A stretch of 64,000 bases of DNA from the NCBI GenBank assembly GCA_963834385.1, contig CAWIBO010000003.1:288001-352000 (forward strand), written 5' to 3'. The notes beneath the pieces are model-generated. The model did not search any database, was not told the origin of the DNA, and was given only the letters and a program-made list of their open reading frames with translations. Positions 62,071 to 64,000 of the stretch are shown one piece after another (the stretch's first letter is position 1; every line of letters begins with the position of its first letter). A program made the position numbers and the translations under genes. The DNA is from an uncultured Verrucomicrobiae bacterium. GTDB lineage: Bacteria; Verrucomicrobiota; Verrucomicrobiia; Chthoniobacterales; UBA10450.

Positions 62071-62452
62071 GAATCAGGAAAGCAGGAGGCAGGAAGAAGA
62101 ATGAATTGAATTTGGAAGCCAGGAAGACCAGGAAGGGAAACGACTAAGTCGGAAATCAGGAAAGCAGGAAGGCAGGAAGAAGAATGAATTGAATTTGGAA
62201 GCCAGGAAACCAGGAAGGGGAAGGACTAATCAGGAAAGCAGGAAAGTAGGAAAATGGGGGCGGGAAGGGGACGAACCGGTTTATGAAACACTAGAATCTC
62301 CACTCCGTTTCCTGTGTTCCTACTTCCCTGATTCATCATCCGATTTCCTGCTTCCTGGTTTCCAAATTCAATTTTCAGCCAGATTCCCCCTCCTGTGTTC
62401 CTGCTTTCCTAATTCATCTTCCGTCTCCTGGCTTCCTGGTTTCCAAATTCAC
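62071..62452. repeat. CAGGAA purine arm / spacer / pyrimidine arm block (same family as 47.1 and 48.5 kb)
   Basis: Tandem ~82-bp copies AATCAGGAAAGCAGGA..GAATTTGGAAGCCAGGAA (62072, 62154), then complementary TTCCTGGTTTCCAAATTC units. Confidence 0.85.
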
Positions 62453-62613
62453 TCCTTGCTCCCCTCATCTGGAAAGGGGCGGCGGAGGGTCTGAAAAAGC
62501 CGCGTTTTTTTGGAAAAATCATAGGCGACTTTCTCTCGAAAAAAGGTAATGTCAGCGACTCGTTCGTTGCCTGCCAGGGTATGGGCGGCAGTCGGCGCGT
62601 TTCCCCCCTCTTA

Positions 62614-64000
62614 ATGAACAGTTTACGACGCCGCGCGGCGGCCTGTTTCGTCATGGCCGCGGCGTGCCTTCTCCCCGCCACGATCCGGGGCGAAGCGATG
62701 CTCCAGTATTTCAATACCGACTGGAACGAGATCGCCGCGAAAATGCCGGAGCTGGCGGAGGCCGGTTACACCTCGCTCTGGCTGCCGCCGCCGACCAAGG
62801 GCAGCGGCGGACTCTCCGTCGGCTACGATCTCTGGGACCGGTTCGACCTCGGGAGCAAGGACCAGCGCGGCACGGTGCGGACGCGCTACGGCACCGAGGC
62901 CGAGCTGCAGCGGATGGTCGAGATCGCGCACCGCTTCGGCATCCGCGTCTATTTCGACAACATCATGAATCATAACGCGTTCGATATCCCCGGATACGAC
63001 GCGAACACGCCGATCGACATTTATCCCGGGTTCGTGCCGGAGGATTTTCATCTGCGCCTGACGGAGGACGGCTCTTACCGGAAATGGGATAACACGCGGA
63101 ACTGGGGCGACGCCTGGCAGGTGCTGAATCTCGGCCTGGCCGACCTGATCGACATCGCCCAGGAACCGGGCGCGACCAACCTGAACTTCGGCGCCAGCGA
63201 GGGCTCGACCTTCCCCAAGATCAAGTTCGTCCGGCACCCGAACAACCCGGAGTATTACTGTTTCCTCCCCAACGGCACCTATGTCGGGTTCGGCCCGAAC
63301 AACGGCATCACGGCCGCGATGCTCGCGGCCAACAGCGCCTTTTACTCCGAACGGGTCGAGGACATGCTCAACCGCTCGGCCCGCTGGCTGATGGACCGCA
63401 CGACCGCCGATGGCCTGCGCCTCGACGCGGTGAAACATGTGCGCGCCGATTTCTTCGGAGCGACTCGGGGCGGACAAGGACACGAGCGATTACGGCTATC
63501 TCGGGCAGGCGCAGCGGCAGTTCAATCTCACGCGCGGTTTCAGCGACCCGAACCATCGCGACTCGCTTTTCGACACGGAGAACGGGCGCGATGACGCGCT
63601 GATGTTCGGCGAGCATCTGGGCGAACCGCCGGGCTACGGCGAATACATCGAACGCCGGCATGCGGCTGGTGGACAATCCGCTCCGCCAGCAGTTCAACGA
63701 CCGGCTGGGCAATCCCTCCATCGACCTGAACGGCTTCGACCAGCCGGGCGCGGGCGGCTTCGCGCCCGACCTCGGGGTGATGCATGCGCAGAGCCACGAC
63801 AACGACTACGCCGCGCGCCGCGAGCTCCAGCACGCCTTTTACTTCACCCGCGCCGGCATCGGCCTGCTTTACACCGACGGCAATAATCAGGCCGAAACGC
63901 TCGGGGAAAGCGGCGGCGCCTTCCCGCGCCACGCCAACACGAATTTCCTCGGCCAATACGGCGACGGCCGCATCCCGAACCTGCTCTACATCCACAACCA
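62614..64000 (+). CDS. Secreted GH13 alpha-amylase family protein; partial, frameshifts near 63465 and 63655
   Basis: LWLPPP, VGYD..DRFDLG, TRYGT, DNIMNH (I), GLRLDAVKH (II), FGEH (III), QSHD (IV). Confidence 0.92.

Overview
GC-rich bacterial chromosome segment, most likely Verrucomicrobiota (Chthoniobacterales/Spartobacteria-like). This is inferred from the PEP-CTERM proteins, a delta-60-repeat protein with an RFYR-type tail, the hopanoid genes and the intergenic repeat style. It holds about 58 CDS and 3 tRNAs (CAT, Val-TAC, Leu-CAA). Core functions include hpnH-shc, sodA, dapL, aas, an rsmA-NUDIX fusion, tkt, rplI-dnaB, a 2-oxoacid dehydrogenase E1a/E1b/E2 followed by Fe-S assembly genes, actP, an Xre/RES toxin-antitoxin pair, floA, and three PEP-CTERM genes before a GH13 amylase. 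Many genes, including essential dnaB, carry single-base indels, probably long-read assembly errors. The most unusual signal is non-coding. Several families of intergenic repeats bracket apparent cargo genes, with no intact transposase or integrase in the window. These are an ~80-bp REP-containing element, a CACAGAT triplet repeat, and CAGGAA purine/pyrimidine arms forming nested inverted repeats around an aldo/keto reductase. A RAYT-like transposase tail is also present. There are also two 11-bp-phased DnaA-box clusters (before rsmA and inside the 5' end of dnaB) and a possible PEP-CTERM-anchored starch-binding module next to the amylase. No CRISPR array was found.
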